Part shown: positions 28,068-41,090 of the stretch, one piece after another | Numbering within the stretch: the stretch's first letter is position 1 | Layout: each line of letters starts with the position of its first letter | Assembly: GCF_009914755.1 (NCBI RefSeq) | Contig: NC_060937.1 | Origin: the human T2T-CHM13v2.0 reference genome, Homo sapiens | DNA length: 64,000 nucleotides | Reading direction: 5' to 3' (one strand) | Program-made: the position numbers and the translations under genes | Notes under the pieces: generated by a model | What the model was told of the DNA's origin: nothing | The model's database searches: none | What the model saw: only the letters and a program-made list of their open reading frames with translations

Positions 28068-31052
28068 GCTGCCAGCTATTCACTCTATAGATGAGGCATA
28101 TGGAAGGCACTATGGACCTTTATCTCAAGCGGAAACTGTTGTTGCATGTCTGTTAGTGTGGTGTAGAGATGAACATAGTCTCAGTAATCATTTCTGCTCC
28201 GAATTCTGCTTCTCTGCCTAGAGTGCATGATCTATATGAATTCCAAAAAATGTTGTAAACAATCCTCACATGCATCCATGTGTGTGAATGTGTGCTCATA
28301 TACACATTTGCACCACAGAAAATCAAAAGCTCCGTTGCAAGTGAATGAGGAAACTCATCAGAAATATATTTTCCATGCCTGTATTCCCAATAGTATTTAA
28401 AAAGAAAAAAATGTTTACAATCCCCAAACCCCAGTCAATCTGAGAGAAAAAGAAAGCAGAAAATAGATGCTCTCCCAGCCAAATAGTTTCTGACCAGATT
28501 GTTTTGACTCAAGTTTTCCATGAAGCAGAGTAGTTCTTTATTCTCCTCTTTCATTTGATACAGATTGTTCCAATCAGGCGCTTGTGGTATTTCTCAGGGA
28601 GGCTGCATGCATACATCCCCAGCTTTTTGAAGTTGTGGAGCCACTGCCTACCACTAAATCCCAAGAGATTCTTCAAGATGGAGTCAGTCAAGCAACTGAA
28701 ATGCAAGGCAGGGAACACAGAGTTGACCAGACAATTAGATAGAGCATCATAATTTGCAAGCATTGGCCAAAACACCTCCATGTTGAACCACCAAGCCAGT
28801 AGAGTCTTCAGTAACCCTTCTTGGGACAAGTGCATGAGATTCTGCAGATTGTCTCTCCCTCTCTAATTCAGTTTCTCCAGCTTCTGTAGGAAAGGTGGTG
28901 AACAAGAGTCCAGGTTGCTGTCTTGATATTGGCTCTCAGAGCCGAGCTCCAACTTCCACAAAATTGGCCAAATGACCAGTATCAGAAGGGCCTGTGGGTA
29001 CTCACTCTGTGTCATGCTGATGATTTCTTGCCTGGGGAAGAGCAACTGCTTTGGACAAATCCCACCACCACTAGGAAGTCAGATTTCTTAGCTTTTGACA
29101 GGTACTCTTCCATCCTACATTGCTTTAAGATTTTTCTTTTTTAAATGTTAAAAAAATGCGTGTTTTTAGGGATGCAAACTCTTCCTGTATCTTTTCAGAC
29201 ATTTCTGAATGTCTATGCTTGTAAGAGGTTATCTGCTGTTTGATTTGCTCAACTCTTTTTTAGCTCTTGGTACTCCAATTACCCAAGAAGATTTCATGAT
29301 AGCAGGGGAAAACCTTGCCATGTAGGTGAAAGAAGGAGCACAGATTCTGTTAGGATAAAGTCACTCCAATACTTCTGCAGGCCCTTTTCAATTCCTTTGC
29401 TCCTTTTGGGGTTGACATGGCAAGATAGATACAGCTTGGCTGAAGCTTCTGACTCCCTCTGCAAGGCTTTCTGCATGTAACTTCTCAGCAACTGTCATAT
29501 CTGGATCAATCAAAACTAGTTCTTGCTTAATTTAATTCCAGGAAAAGATTTCCACAGCTCAAGTATAATCCTATTATCTGAGTATACATGAAAACTTGAT
29601 ATTGTATGTATTTTCTTAAAAAATTCCTTGGCACTGGCTCAGAGTGTAAATAAAATATTTACTAGGATTTTTCAACGTGTCTTTGCCAGTTTTCTGGAAC
29701 CCTTTCTACTTGTCTGCTGAACGTAGGCAACGGCATTGGCAGTATGAATGATTTTCTAAACATGCATCACTCATTCCAGGAATAAAGATTACATTCAAGA
29801 AATGAAATTGTTACTAGGTTTACAGCTATCGATAGATTCATTTTTCCCTATGCTCTTCAAGGTCAAAGATACTGCTGAGCTTAAAAGTCTGCTCTCTAAG
29901 GGATTTTTATTTGCAGTTTGTTAATAGATGTTGACATTATATATTCCTTATAGAAGGAAATTTAAAATGAGTTCAGGTATTTGAAATAGCTTTACTTGAT
30001 TTGGGATGGAAGAGATGAAGTTCTCCACTGAAGACTTAAGAAACTTAATTCCTATGCTGCAACTCCCTTTTGTCATCAGGCACAGTGATGCATCAATGAC
30101 TTGTATCATGCTACAATCTAAACACACGGCATACTCAGATTAAAGTTAATTGAGGCATCCCATAAACATGCCACAAATGTAATCCAAAAGGTTAAAAAAG
30201 TTACATCAACTATAAAAATGTTTTAAATGTTTAATATAATAGAAGTTTACAAATTCTGGAATATTTAAAATTGTATAGCAGATAACTTCAAATTTTAAAG
30301 AACTCTTTGGGCCTTTATAATTATCGTCACAAAATCTTAATTGAGGATCTGCACATTTGATGTTTAAAAACAAAGTAGGAAACAGCAGAAGTACATGCTA
30401 TGTAAAGATACATCTATTTCTAAATGGAGGTCCAGGTGGCTACCTTGTCTAATATGAATAGGATTTAATTCCCTGGCTAGCTTTGAGGAATATGACAACT
30501 TTTACTAATAAAGTCAGTATGACGGTCTTGGCTAATCTGCCTGCCAAATACTCACTGAATTCAGGTATAAAAAGATCATTTTCTGTAAGAATAGATTTGA
30601 ATAAGAGATAAAAGTGGCTTAAAATTCCTAAATGAAATCTGATTGTAAGAGTAGCAAAATCTAAACCTAAGATTTGAAAAACTTACACACACACAGTCAA
30701 ATCAAGGCAAATGTACGAATAGAAGGAAAAAACACAAACCAAATCAGCCATTTAAAAATGCAACCAATCCTTTCATGACTAAAGTACCAGCAAATGGGCT
30801 CTATTGTAAGATTTTGGTGATGCTAGTTACACAATTCTGGCATACTGCAAGGCTGGCAAATCCGTCAAAGTCAACTCAAGGACCAGCTGAGCTGGGGATA
30901 TCACTGGATTTTAGCAGCATTCATGTCAAGCCATGTGATAAACAAGAAGGCTGTCAAATGAAGGCACTATGCTTATTATTTGAAAATCAAATAAATGATT
31001 TCAATTTTCTGTTACTAAGCAAAAATATAAGCAAAAAGAAAACGAAAGTAAT

Positions 31053-31157
31053 GGAGGAAGGGAGGAAGGAGGGAGAAAGGGAGGGAGGAAGGAAGGAAAG
31101 GAAGGAAGGAAGGAAGGAAAGGAAGGAAGGAAGGAAGGAAGGAAGGAAGGAAGGAAG
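31053..31157 (+). repeat. (GGAA)n microsatellite
   Basis: Runs of 3, 5 and 9 GGAA separated by single A (31087-31156), preceded by GA-rich low complexity. Confidence 0.97.
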
Positions 31158-32354
31158 ATATTGCCATAATTCTACCACCTAGAGATTGATCAATATTTTG
31201 TTGGCATAACGTCTCTTGTTCTTTTATTATGAAGATGTGTTCATGTATCTAGGCTAAGTATACTATCTATTTTACATAATCTTTAAATAAAATTGGAATC
31301 TGCTTTTGCACTCGACAATGCATTTTGAACATCTTTTTATGTCAACAGATGTCCTTCTCAAACATTCTAGGTGGCTTGAATAACATTTCTACTGACATTA
31401 CTTTAAAAAGTATCTTCTTTCATCAATTCAGGCTGCCATAATCATGGGTTAAAAATAATAAATCCAGTTCTTTGGAGGCTTTCATTCTAAATAAAGAATT
31501 TCACCAGAACGTGCATCCTGGTGAACGTATTTCAGGGACTACTTCTGGGTTGACATTTCTCATGTTATTTCACATTCTGGATTAAGACACATCTCATATG
31601 GTTTTGATTTATATTCTCAGCAGACTTCAAAAAGGAAATTCCAAATGGAAGTTTATTCATGTACCAGAACTGTGTTTAAATGATGCTACAGGGATATCTT
31701 AAACTAACAGGAGCCAGGAAATTCAAAACTAAGGTCCTGGACCGTATTCCCACCTCTTCCTTCTTGAATGTCTTAGGTATCTGGAAAGTGGAGATTTTAT
31801 GTAACAGCTGTTTCACTTGTCTTTGACCTTCCGCATATGTATTTAGACAATTTCAAAGATATATTTTACTTTATGTAATAACTTGGTATTTCCTGGTTGC
31901 TGAAGTTTCAAGGTTGTACTCAAAAAACAAAACAAACTAGACCAAATAAAGAAAATCTCCACATCTTGTTTTAATGACTAAATGAATATCTGGAGTCTAT
32001 GTGACTCCCAAAATTCTTCAAATAATCAAAAGCAAAACATGATCCAAATTTGTAAAACTAGCAAATTTACCAAAAGAGCAACTCTTTAAGGCAAGACTAC
32101 TTTTGTACAGGGTTCATGTTATTGCTTTAAAGAGAGTTTACAATGAAGATACATTCTAATTTCATTTTGTTCTTAACCAATGGCATATCTGTTTCTGGAA
32201 TAAAGCTCAAGTTTCTACTCTTATTGAATACATATACTTAGTTTTACAGATTAACTTTTTAAAAAGAACCTGTCAATGTTTTTAGAAAATACTCCTTTAT
32301 TTGAGGGCATAATTGAACCAAATGGGCACAAGACGGGTAAATACGGCATCAAGC

Positions 32355-32535
32355 AGTTAGAAGTGAGTCCAAAATTCTGGATACACCTCTCATTACCTGT
32401 GTGACCCTGGGTAGGTTAATTCTAGCATACCTCAGTTTCTTCATCTATAGAATGGGAATAAACAGGAGTACCTACCTCAGAGGGTTGCCGTAAAGATTAA
32501 ATGATTGCATTTCTGTAAAGTACCTGGAGCACAGC
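32355..32535 (+). mobile_element. MIR
   Basis: ctgtgtgaccctgggtaggtta...ctcagtttcttcatctatagaatggg...cctacctcagagggttgccgtaaagattaaatga. Confidence 0.85.
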
Positions 32536-32674
32536 ATTTGCTACTATTACTAGGGCAGAGGTGCTTATGTTACTTTCCCATATTAGAAGATAGTGGTTCT
32601 GATGGATGGTCTCTGCTTCTCTTCTCTCAGCTCTCTTCATTTGGTATGCAGAAGTGGAAGGCATTTGTCTTTAC

Positions 32675-32960
32675 TTATTTATTCAACAGACACCTGCTGG
32701 GTGCCCCTGTTGTGAAAGCCTGCTGGTAGGTGCTGAAGGTGAATGCAAGGCTGTGGGCAGTGGGTCCTATCCTGTAGGTCTCTAAACCAAGCAGGGATAG
32801 ACAAAGACCCATCCAGGCACTACCACAACCAAAGAAAGCAAAAGCCCTGCAGAACAGGACACTATCCTCCGGGTCTCAGAGCAGGAGGGGGCATTTTGGA
32901 TAAGATGACCAGGAAAAGCCTTGCAGTTGAGGTGAGATTCAGAAGAAGGCAGAAGAAGGT
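32675..32960 (-). mobile_element. L2 3' fragment
   Basis: tatttattcaacagacacctgctgggtgcc...gtaggtgctgaagg. Confidence 0.6.
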
Positions 32961-34360
32961 TAGCCACATGGTTCTGCCATAAACAACCCATCTTCTTCCC
33001 CCAGATGAATTAGGAGCTGAGATTCGTGTGAACTCACTGCCTTCTTGGAAGTAGAATCTCATGCTCCTCCCTCTGTGCCTGCAGGAGGTCCTTGGGGTCA
33101 CATGGCACCCATCAACCTGCCTGGAGATTCTTACACGACAAGTATCTAACATGCAATTCATTTTTTGCAGTCCACAGAATGTTTCATGATACTCTTTCTG
33201 GTAAATGAAGCTGTATCTCAGGAAGCCATGCTTCACACAATGCAGTGCTCTTTAACAAGATGTAATGAGAGTCATAAATGAGATGTGACACTTTGGATAT
33301 GTGACATTTGGACACATTCAGAAATATGACACCTTAGGATAATGGCAGTAAGAGCCTTCTCCTAAGAGGCTGTTACTTTTAGGATATAAACACCAGGCTG
33401 GGGAAGACAGTATTGCGATTATGGTTTACAACGTGCTTACCAGTTAATAAGTAAAATATTAGCAATCACATGCCTGATATGCAGGGATCTCAAGGGCAAA
33501 GATGTGTTAAAACATAACCAAACACTCCAGGACCTTGGGAAAGAAATCTGTATCAGACATGTGGGCTTCATTAAGGGAAATGCCTTCAGAAGATTATTTT
33601 TCCATGTTATGAGAAAAAATCTCAACAAGTAAGTAAATTGTGAGCAAGGGATATGGGCTTCCTGTGGACTAATGACTGGGAGAAGTTGTGGGTTAATGTG
33701 GAGTCCAAGGTCATTGATCTCAAGAGGTCATGAATCTCCCAGGTCGGCTTCCTAAGGTCATTCTCACTATGAGAAACATGCTAGGTGTATATTCAGGGAT
33801 CTGCTTTGTGAGGAGGTGACGGGGAAAGTAATTCAAATACCTTTCAAATACTTAAATACATTTACATTTAAAAACAAAGGAAGTGTTGCTCTTATGCATA
33901 TAATGGTTACAATTAATGTTCCATGACTGCTTGAATTATACCTAGTGCCAAATGGAAAATTTAGAAATCCGTCCTTGAAACTTTTGCTTCTCTAAAATAA
34001 GGAACAAGTAAATATCGACACATAATTTTTTAAAAAATTTAGATGAAGTCTATCTTGCTCAATTTAACGCATAAACTGAGAGCTCTTTACCTGGGGTTTT
34101 TAGATATAATTGAGAGGCCTGGGAAACCCTTTGTATGCAAACATTGTTGTGTGTTTTTTGTTTTTCCTGAGGTTACACAGCTTTCCTCAAATGTGTGTGT
34201 TTACTCTACCTCTAAGGTGCTCTCCCTTAGCCCAAGAAGAAGATAACACTATGCCCCTTGGAGGCCTAAGGCATATCAGCTTTGTCCTGCTCTGTCTCCC
34301 GTGGGCTATCAATTTCTGACTTTGGAATTTGGAGACATAGATATTCTATCTCTGTCTTTC

Positions 34361-34364
<4 letters not shown>

Positions 34365-34401
<37 letters not shown>
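34365..34401. repeat. (CA)n microsatellite
   Basis: Direct read. Confidence 0.95.
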
Positions 34402-34404
<3 letters not shown>

Positions 34405-35131
34405 TCATGCACATGGATTCTGTAAATATGTCTTAGGTAAAACTGCAAACATCCTTAAATAAATATGTGGATTTTGTATCCTCTTAAATTTTGACATTGC
34501 AGGTACACATTACCAGATTGGAAACCAGATTGCATCTTTACATCTCATGTTCTTAGCCTAGAGTCTTGTAAATGGCTATCATTTAGTATGTTGACTGAAT
34601 GGGTGAATGACTATAAGAGAAAAATATTTATAGATCTGAAGGCCAATAAACACCCAAAACATCTCTCAGATATTCAGGTTCTTCCAAACTCACAAGGCTG
34701 TTGTACATATGGGAAAATGTATTATGAAAGTCCTTTGCAAACTGTAAGCTCCATATGAAAATAAGGTAACATTATTCTTCTAGTTCTGATTCTGCCTCTG
34801 AGGGACATGGCTATTCGTGGGCAGCAATGTCTGTGTATCTCGATATTGCTACTGTTTTCTGAAGGGTGGGGCATTTGACATTGTCCTGGCACTGACTAGG
34901 ATTGTTGCTTCTGCTGGCTGCAATCTTTCCCTTTCTCTCTGGATGGAATCTTTAGGAGTTCCAAGTGCGCACAGTAATGAGAGATTTAGTCTTGGAAGAA
35001 GAGTAGTGAGAAAAGATTTCCCTTTTTCCCACAAAAGAATCGGTCTCGCTTTTTAAGATCATCTTAACCTGACTGAGGCATAGTCAGTCATACCTGAGAA
35101 TAACCAATCATAACCATAGAAAAAGAATATC

Positions 35132-35370
35132 CCAGGACTTTCAAATATTTTGATCACAATCTTTAGTCAGAAATAAACTTCATGTAGTTGTGAACATGCA
35201 CACACCACACATGTACACACATCATACACACATAGACTAAAACAAAGTTTCATAAAACAATAGTTGCACTTTATGTATGCAAGGAGATCTGACATTTTTC
35301 TGTTCTATGCTTTCCTATTCAGAATTAATAGTCATATCCACTGACTTCATCACCCGTTTAAAACACTGAC
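35132..35370. mobile_element. hAT-Charlie MITE (MER112/MER119-like)
   Basis: ctaaaacaaagtttcataaaacaatag...ctgacatttttctgttcta...gtttaaaacactg. Confidence 0.55.
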
Positions 35371-35449
35371 TAGATAACACTCAGCTGTATGAGATGCATC
35401 TGGTAAAATATATTAATGTAAAAATGGAACACAGTTCTATGAGTCTGAC

Positions 35450-36410
35450 ACTTGAGGGTCTTCTTAGATTCATTCTGTCTCTTCCAGTCCCCATATTCTC
35501 ACTACACAACCCCAGCACCTGCTGAATTTGACTCAAATATATTTCTTAAACTCCTACCCTCCTCCCCACCTCTGTCTCTTGGACTTGGTTTAACAGAAGT
35601 GTCCAATCTTTTGGCTTCCCCGGACCACATTGGAATAAGAAAAATTGTCTTGGGCCACACATAAAATATGCTAACACTAACCATAGCTGATGAGCTAAAA
35701 AAAAAATTACAAAAAAAATCTCAAAATGTTTTAAGAAAATTTACAAATTTGTGTTGGGCCACATTCAAAGCCATCCTGGGCTGCATGCGGCCTGGGGCCG
35801 TGGGCTGGACGAGCTTGGTTTAGACTCTCATTTTGTCTAAACCAGGACTTCTGCAACAGAACCCAATAGCTCTCCTTGCTTCAGTTCTTGCCTTCCTTGA
35901 ATCTCTAACGTGAAACTATGTTCATTCTCTTTCAAACTCCTTCACGTCTCCCTGTCACCTGCAGAATAAAGTACCAGCCCATCACCACGGCCCACAGTGC
36001 CTTCCTGCCTGGCCTCTGCGTGCTTCTGGGGCTCACGTGCAGTCACGTGAAGCTGCCCGGAGATCCCCAGTCCCAGGCTGCTGTTGCATATCCCACGCCT
36101 GTGCTTACACTGTTTCCTCTCCATCTGTCACATTCCTCTCCCTATTTACCTCCTGACTTGCTCACATTTATCTCTATCAAGATTTAGCGAAGACATCATC
36201 TGTATCCCAGGTTAGCTCGGCTCTTCTCTGGACTTTCACACATTCATTATGGTCCTTAGATTATACTGAAATGTTCTTGTTACACATCTCTCTCCCCCAT
36301 TAGAGCACAGCTCTTTGAGGGCAGAGGTTGCCTTATTTACTCTTTGTACCACTAGTGCCTAGCAGAGTGCTCGGAGCTCAGCATGTGCTCAAGACATGCT
36401 GAATTAAGGA
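35450..36410 (+). mobile_element. L2 fragment with nested MER30
   Basis: L2 3' motifs ctctttgagggcagagg...ctagtgcctagcagagtgc...tgctcaagacatgctgaat. Confidence 0.65.
35594..35817 (+). mobile_element. MER30 hAT MITE
   Basis: gtgtccaatcttttggcttccc...tgggccacacataaaata...gggctggacgagcttg matches recalled MER30 along its length. Confidence 0.93.
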
Positions 36411-38982
36411 GGAGCTGAGAGTGACTTTCTTGCTCTGCATAAATCTCAAGCCAGAGTGGACTGCAGCCCATTGATTTATTCCCTGCAAAGGACTTGCACG
36501 TTGCTGCTGGTCAAAGATCTTTGGCAAAGGAAACTTCTGCCCCCTGAAAAAGCTCTCCTGCTCTCTTTTTTCTCTCTTGGTCTGATGTAAAGAGGCTGAA
36601 GGGCACATGCCAGGCTTTCATAGCTTTCTGTTCCACTCTGTTTGAGAAGTCTGATGCTACTATTGCTGGGGCTGTGGTTGGGCTGAGTGCCAGACCCCAG
36701 CCTTAATCAATAACAAGAAATCTCATGAAGCTTAGAGGTCTTCCAAATGTGGGTTTGGAATAGTGCTGGGAAGTCAGATTTGGTGAGGGGAGTCATCTCC
36801 AATCTGGAGGAACTTGGGAGAAGGAGGGCAGTTCCGGTGATGAACAAAGGATTAGGTCACCTTATGAGCAGGAATGAGGCCTGGTCCAGTCAGGACCACC
36901 CAAAATCTCCCTGAATATGCCCTGGAGGAAACCCAATTCCCCCAGGCTGCCCCATTCACACCTCCAAGGGAATCATCCAGCCAGTCCAAGAAGGCATTCC
37001 TGGGGAATTGGAGATGTGGGGATGCTTTTAATTGCAGTTCAGTAATGCCTCCTTTCCCTTGAAATGTAACCACATTCAGCTATGACTACGCTGGTTCTCA
37101 GGAGCAGAGGAAAAATATATGATGTAATGGGATGAGTTTTTTGGGGCACTGAACTAGTCGGGCCTGCCTATAAAGCCTTTCTCTCTACTTTAAACTTCTC
37201 CTTCCTGAAGGTGTAGCTTGTTGGACACCTCCTCCAACAAACCTTTCCTAAACCCTTCTGATAATTATAGCCACCTCCACTCTATGATCTCTGGCCATCT
37301 TGAATTCTTACTTGTCCTGTTAGATGTAACTGTGACTTCTGTCTCTTTTAGAGTTACAGTGTGAGCTCAGTGAATTTGAAAACAGTAGGGACAGGTCTGT
37401 GGTGGTTGGGGTTGCCATGGCTGTTGTTAAGAATGAAGATACAAACAAGCTTGTATATGGGCACGGCTGCTGCTGCTGCTGCTGATGGTTGATGGCCGTT
37501 GTTGATTTTCAGAGAAAGAAAAGTGGATTCTGAAATGGATGTCTCTAGTGGATAAAGTAAAGGTGGGAACAGATAAGGGGAAAGAGACAGTAAGTTGGAA
37601 TTTTAAAAAAATCTTTCAGAGAGGAAGGTGGCCATGGGGAGCTGGCTGAGTGTGGGTTTACTCTATGGGTCCCTGAGCAAGTCTCATTACATCTCAAAGC
37701 CTCAGTTTCCTCACTGCAAAATGTGCACAACATTATATATACTCTTCTGAGTCATTGTAAGGATGTGAGAAACTCCAGAACAAGGAAGAGCATTTAGTTT
37801 ACTGCTGCAATCCTGGTCTCTGTCACAGGGATTTGAACTTGACGTTATGTTCACATTTGTTAAAATGAATTATGTAATTTGACACAGAGCAGGCACTTAA
37901 AAATTGGAGCTATTATTATTAACCGAAATGAATACTTTTCACAATTTCCACTGATGTACCCAAATGGGAGAAGAAAATAAACAGATACTTCCAATGGATT
38001 TATTTATTTCCTCCTATGTGTAGTTGGAATATAACATGCCCATACTTCTTTTAATGCAACAAAGCTTTCCTTCAAATTTGAGGAAAATCTATGCTCCAAG
38101 AAAATGCACTGTCCTGTAGCTTCTAAACACTCTTGGCCATGCTGCCTTGCTGAAGAGGCTCAGGTGTAAATTTAAAAGATAAATCTCATTTTCAGAGAGA
38201 TGATCTATTTATTTTCAACAGCAGCCTCCATGTATGCCAGAAAATGTGGGGTTCAGGTAAATTCTGACTGCACTCTAGACATTTATGATGGACCCAGGTA
38301 TCTGCCCTTAAAGAACTGAGACACACGCACACAGGCCATCAGTGGCTGATGTTGGCTAAGCTTAAGATCACGGGATGAAGGAAGAATCTCTGCTCAGCAA
38401 CACGAAGTGCTGGAAAATAAAGACTTTCTTGTATATGTTTCCATAAAATAGCAGGACATCTTATGTTTTGAAGGCAATTTATGCATTTTTTTAGGAGTGC
38501 TACCAACATCATGCAAAGATAACTTCAGAGACAAAACCCAAGTCTGATCACTGTCTCCTTCGCTTAGAATTCTCCATGGTTCTCAAATCTCTCCAAAGAA
38601 AAATCCAAATTTCCGAGGACACTATGAAATTCTTAAGCTCAGCCTGGGTCCCTGATATTCTTCTGTGTCTCAACTGCCCACATCCCTGATAGTTGGCAAT
38701 GGTGCTAAACAACTCAAAGTTTCCTAAAATCGACCCTCCAACTCCCATCCTCTGTTCCCTATAGGCAATTTTCCCACTGTCTAGAATGACATTCTTCTTC
38801 TGCTTTATGTGACTAGTCAATTCTTTTCCTCTTTGCCTCTCTGATTCCCAGCTCTAGTTTTATCTTTCCGCCATGTCCTTCCAGACCACCTGACCACTGC
38901 CACTGAGGCCATGCAAGGCTAAGTAACAAGTTCACAAAGGTCTATCCTTTGTACCCACATGCCCTTCTGATCCAGCACTTAC

Positions 38983-39127
38983 CCCGGCGCTGGAATGTGT
39001 GGTTCACTCTGCTTTTCTGTTTCCCACCACAGACAGTGTCTTTGCATTCTCTGCACCAGCGCAGCACCAAGCACCACAAAGGGGCCTGGTTAACGTTTGC
39101 ATGGAGAACTGAGGAGGGTTCCAGCAT
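38983..39127 (-). CDS. STARD13: STARD13 alternative first coding exon (beta-type N-terminus) MLEPSSVLHANVNQAPLWCLVLRWCRECKDTVCGGKQKSRVNHTFQRR(E)
   Basis: ATG at 39127; consensus donor ggg|gtaagt at 38982; 48 codons + 1 nt, G|AA joins in frame to the 20902-20973 exon; peptide matches my recall of DLC2-beta. Confidence 0.93.
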
Positions 39128-39450
39128 GGAGGTTCAAAGAAATTCAGAGCAAGGAGCAGATGATAGTCCTCTCTCATGTTTCCGGTTGCTAACAGTGGAG
39201 AGGAACCTCACTGCTCCCCAGTGACCTGCGAAGCCTCAGCTGAGATTCCAAGCCTCCACACTTCCTTTCCTCATTGTTTTCATTCCCATTAAAAAGGAAC
39301 ACCAAAGATTTGCATCACAGCCTTAAAATAAAGTCCCAGAGAAAAGGATTCTGTTTGGAATAGAAAGAACCACACACTTTCTAATGAATCAAACCCCTAA
39401 AGAGGACTAAAATGTAAGGTGGGGTATGTTCCACTCATTCACATTCTCAA
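39128..39450 (-). promoter_or_regulatory. STARD13: 5' UTR / promoter of the beta-type first exon (TSS not determinable)
   Basis: Non-repeat sequence upstream of the ATG with ETS motifs (accggaaa, aggaagtg on minus strand). Confidence 0.55.
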
Positions 39451-40768
39451 CAGAGTCTTTTAGTAGCGAACAGAACTCTCCTCTCGTAAAGAAACAGTGC
39501 GATTTCTATCATAATTCCAGTGGTTAATCTTTTGCTTGAAATTTCCAAATATTTTCTTACATGCCCTTTAAGACCATAAATACAGTTTTAAAACATTCCA
39601 CAGTTGACTAAAAGCAGCAAAGATGATGATTCTAAGAGACTTCCTTCCTTTTCCTCGGTACGAAAACTATCCTCATTGTATAATGCAGGTACTAAGGTTC
39701 GTGACCTCTTTTAAGCTTTATGGTACTTCTTTTTTCTGTGGAGTGTGGCTTTTATTTACATCCTAAAGAGTATGTCATTAATTATCCACTTCATTATCTC
39801 ACTTATGTCCTAACACAATAATGAAATCAGCAAATTGAGAGTATTTGAGATTAACAATCTCAAAATAGCAAAACAAAATGAAACAAAAAAAACTCTTGTT
39901 TACTAAATTCTAGGTTTTAAAAATTATCTTTGGTATAATGGCTTCTATTAGCACAATCCAGACACCACCAAACTACCTATTAAATCTGCCAGAAAGCCCC
40001 GCGTTCCTAGGCTTGCAAAGAAAATGGGTGGGAAGTAGTTCACAGCAACGCTCTTAAGTGCTTGTGTAGGAGAGTGGAGGAGTACCACTAATGCTGATGT
40101 CATTGTCGTTTCTGAAATTCCTGCCCTGATCACTCTCCCATCTGGGCTACTTTTCTAATCTGGAATTTTCTCTCCCTTCTTTCTCTCACTACCCAGACAC
40201 CTGACCCCCAAGGAATCATTGAGTCACTTCCTGTCCTCTAACCTTGTGGCTTAACTTCCGTTTCTGTTTAAGAGCATTGACCTGGGGGATGTGAAGAGAA
40301 TGACAGAGGGAGAGGGTTGCCGGGAAGGCAGGGAAAGAGGGGGAAGGGTCCCGCTCTATCGGGGTCAGACAAGGAGTCGCTGAGAACTGCCCACTTTTGA
40401 TTTTTTTGAGATAATCATTGCTGTCACAGTCATGATCTGAATTGTGCATTAGTTAATACTTGATTTACCTCCAGAATCTGCTCATGGACTTTCTACTGCT
40501 TATCTGCAACTTCAGAAAGGGTGGAGAGTGAAAGAAATAAAAAGCAAATTCATCAGTCTTACATTTATGAAAAGTCTGATTGGGCAAACCTGAGACCTGT
40601 TCAGAAGAAAGGGCTTGGAAGGGCATGCATTTTACTGAGACTTCTATCTTTATTTGTCACTAACCATTCATTCATTAAATGTAGTGCATGAGTCTTAGCT
40701 TTCCAGATCAGTTTTTAATAAAAGGATATTTTTACTATGGTAAAAAAAAAAATTAAATGAAGCATCTT

Positions 40769-41090
<322 letters not shown>

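Noticed and set aside
28551-29491. Cluster of ORFs and an aga|gtgagt donor-like site near 29005
   Set aside because: No convincing acceptor or protein similarity
37466-37483. (GCT)6 trinucleotide run
   Set aside because: Too short to be notable; intronic
38942-38982. C-terminal tail of the supplied ORF 38942..39127 (GKCWIRRACGYKG)
   Set aside because: Lies beyond the consensus donor; intron read-through
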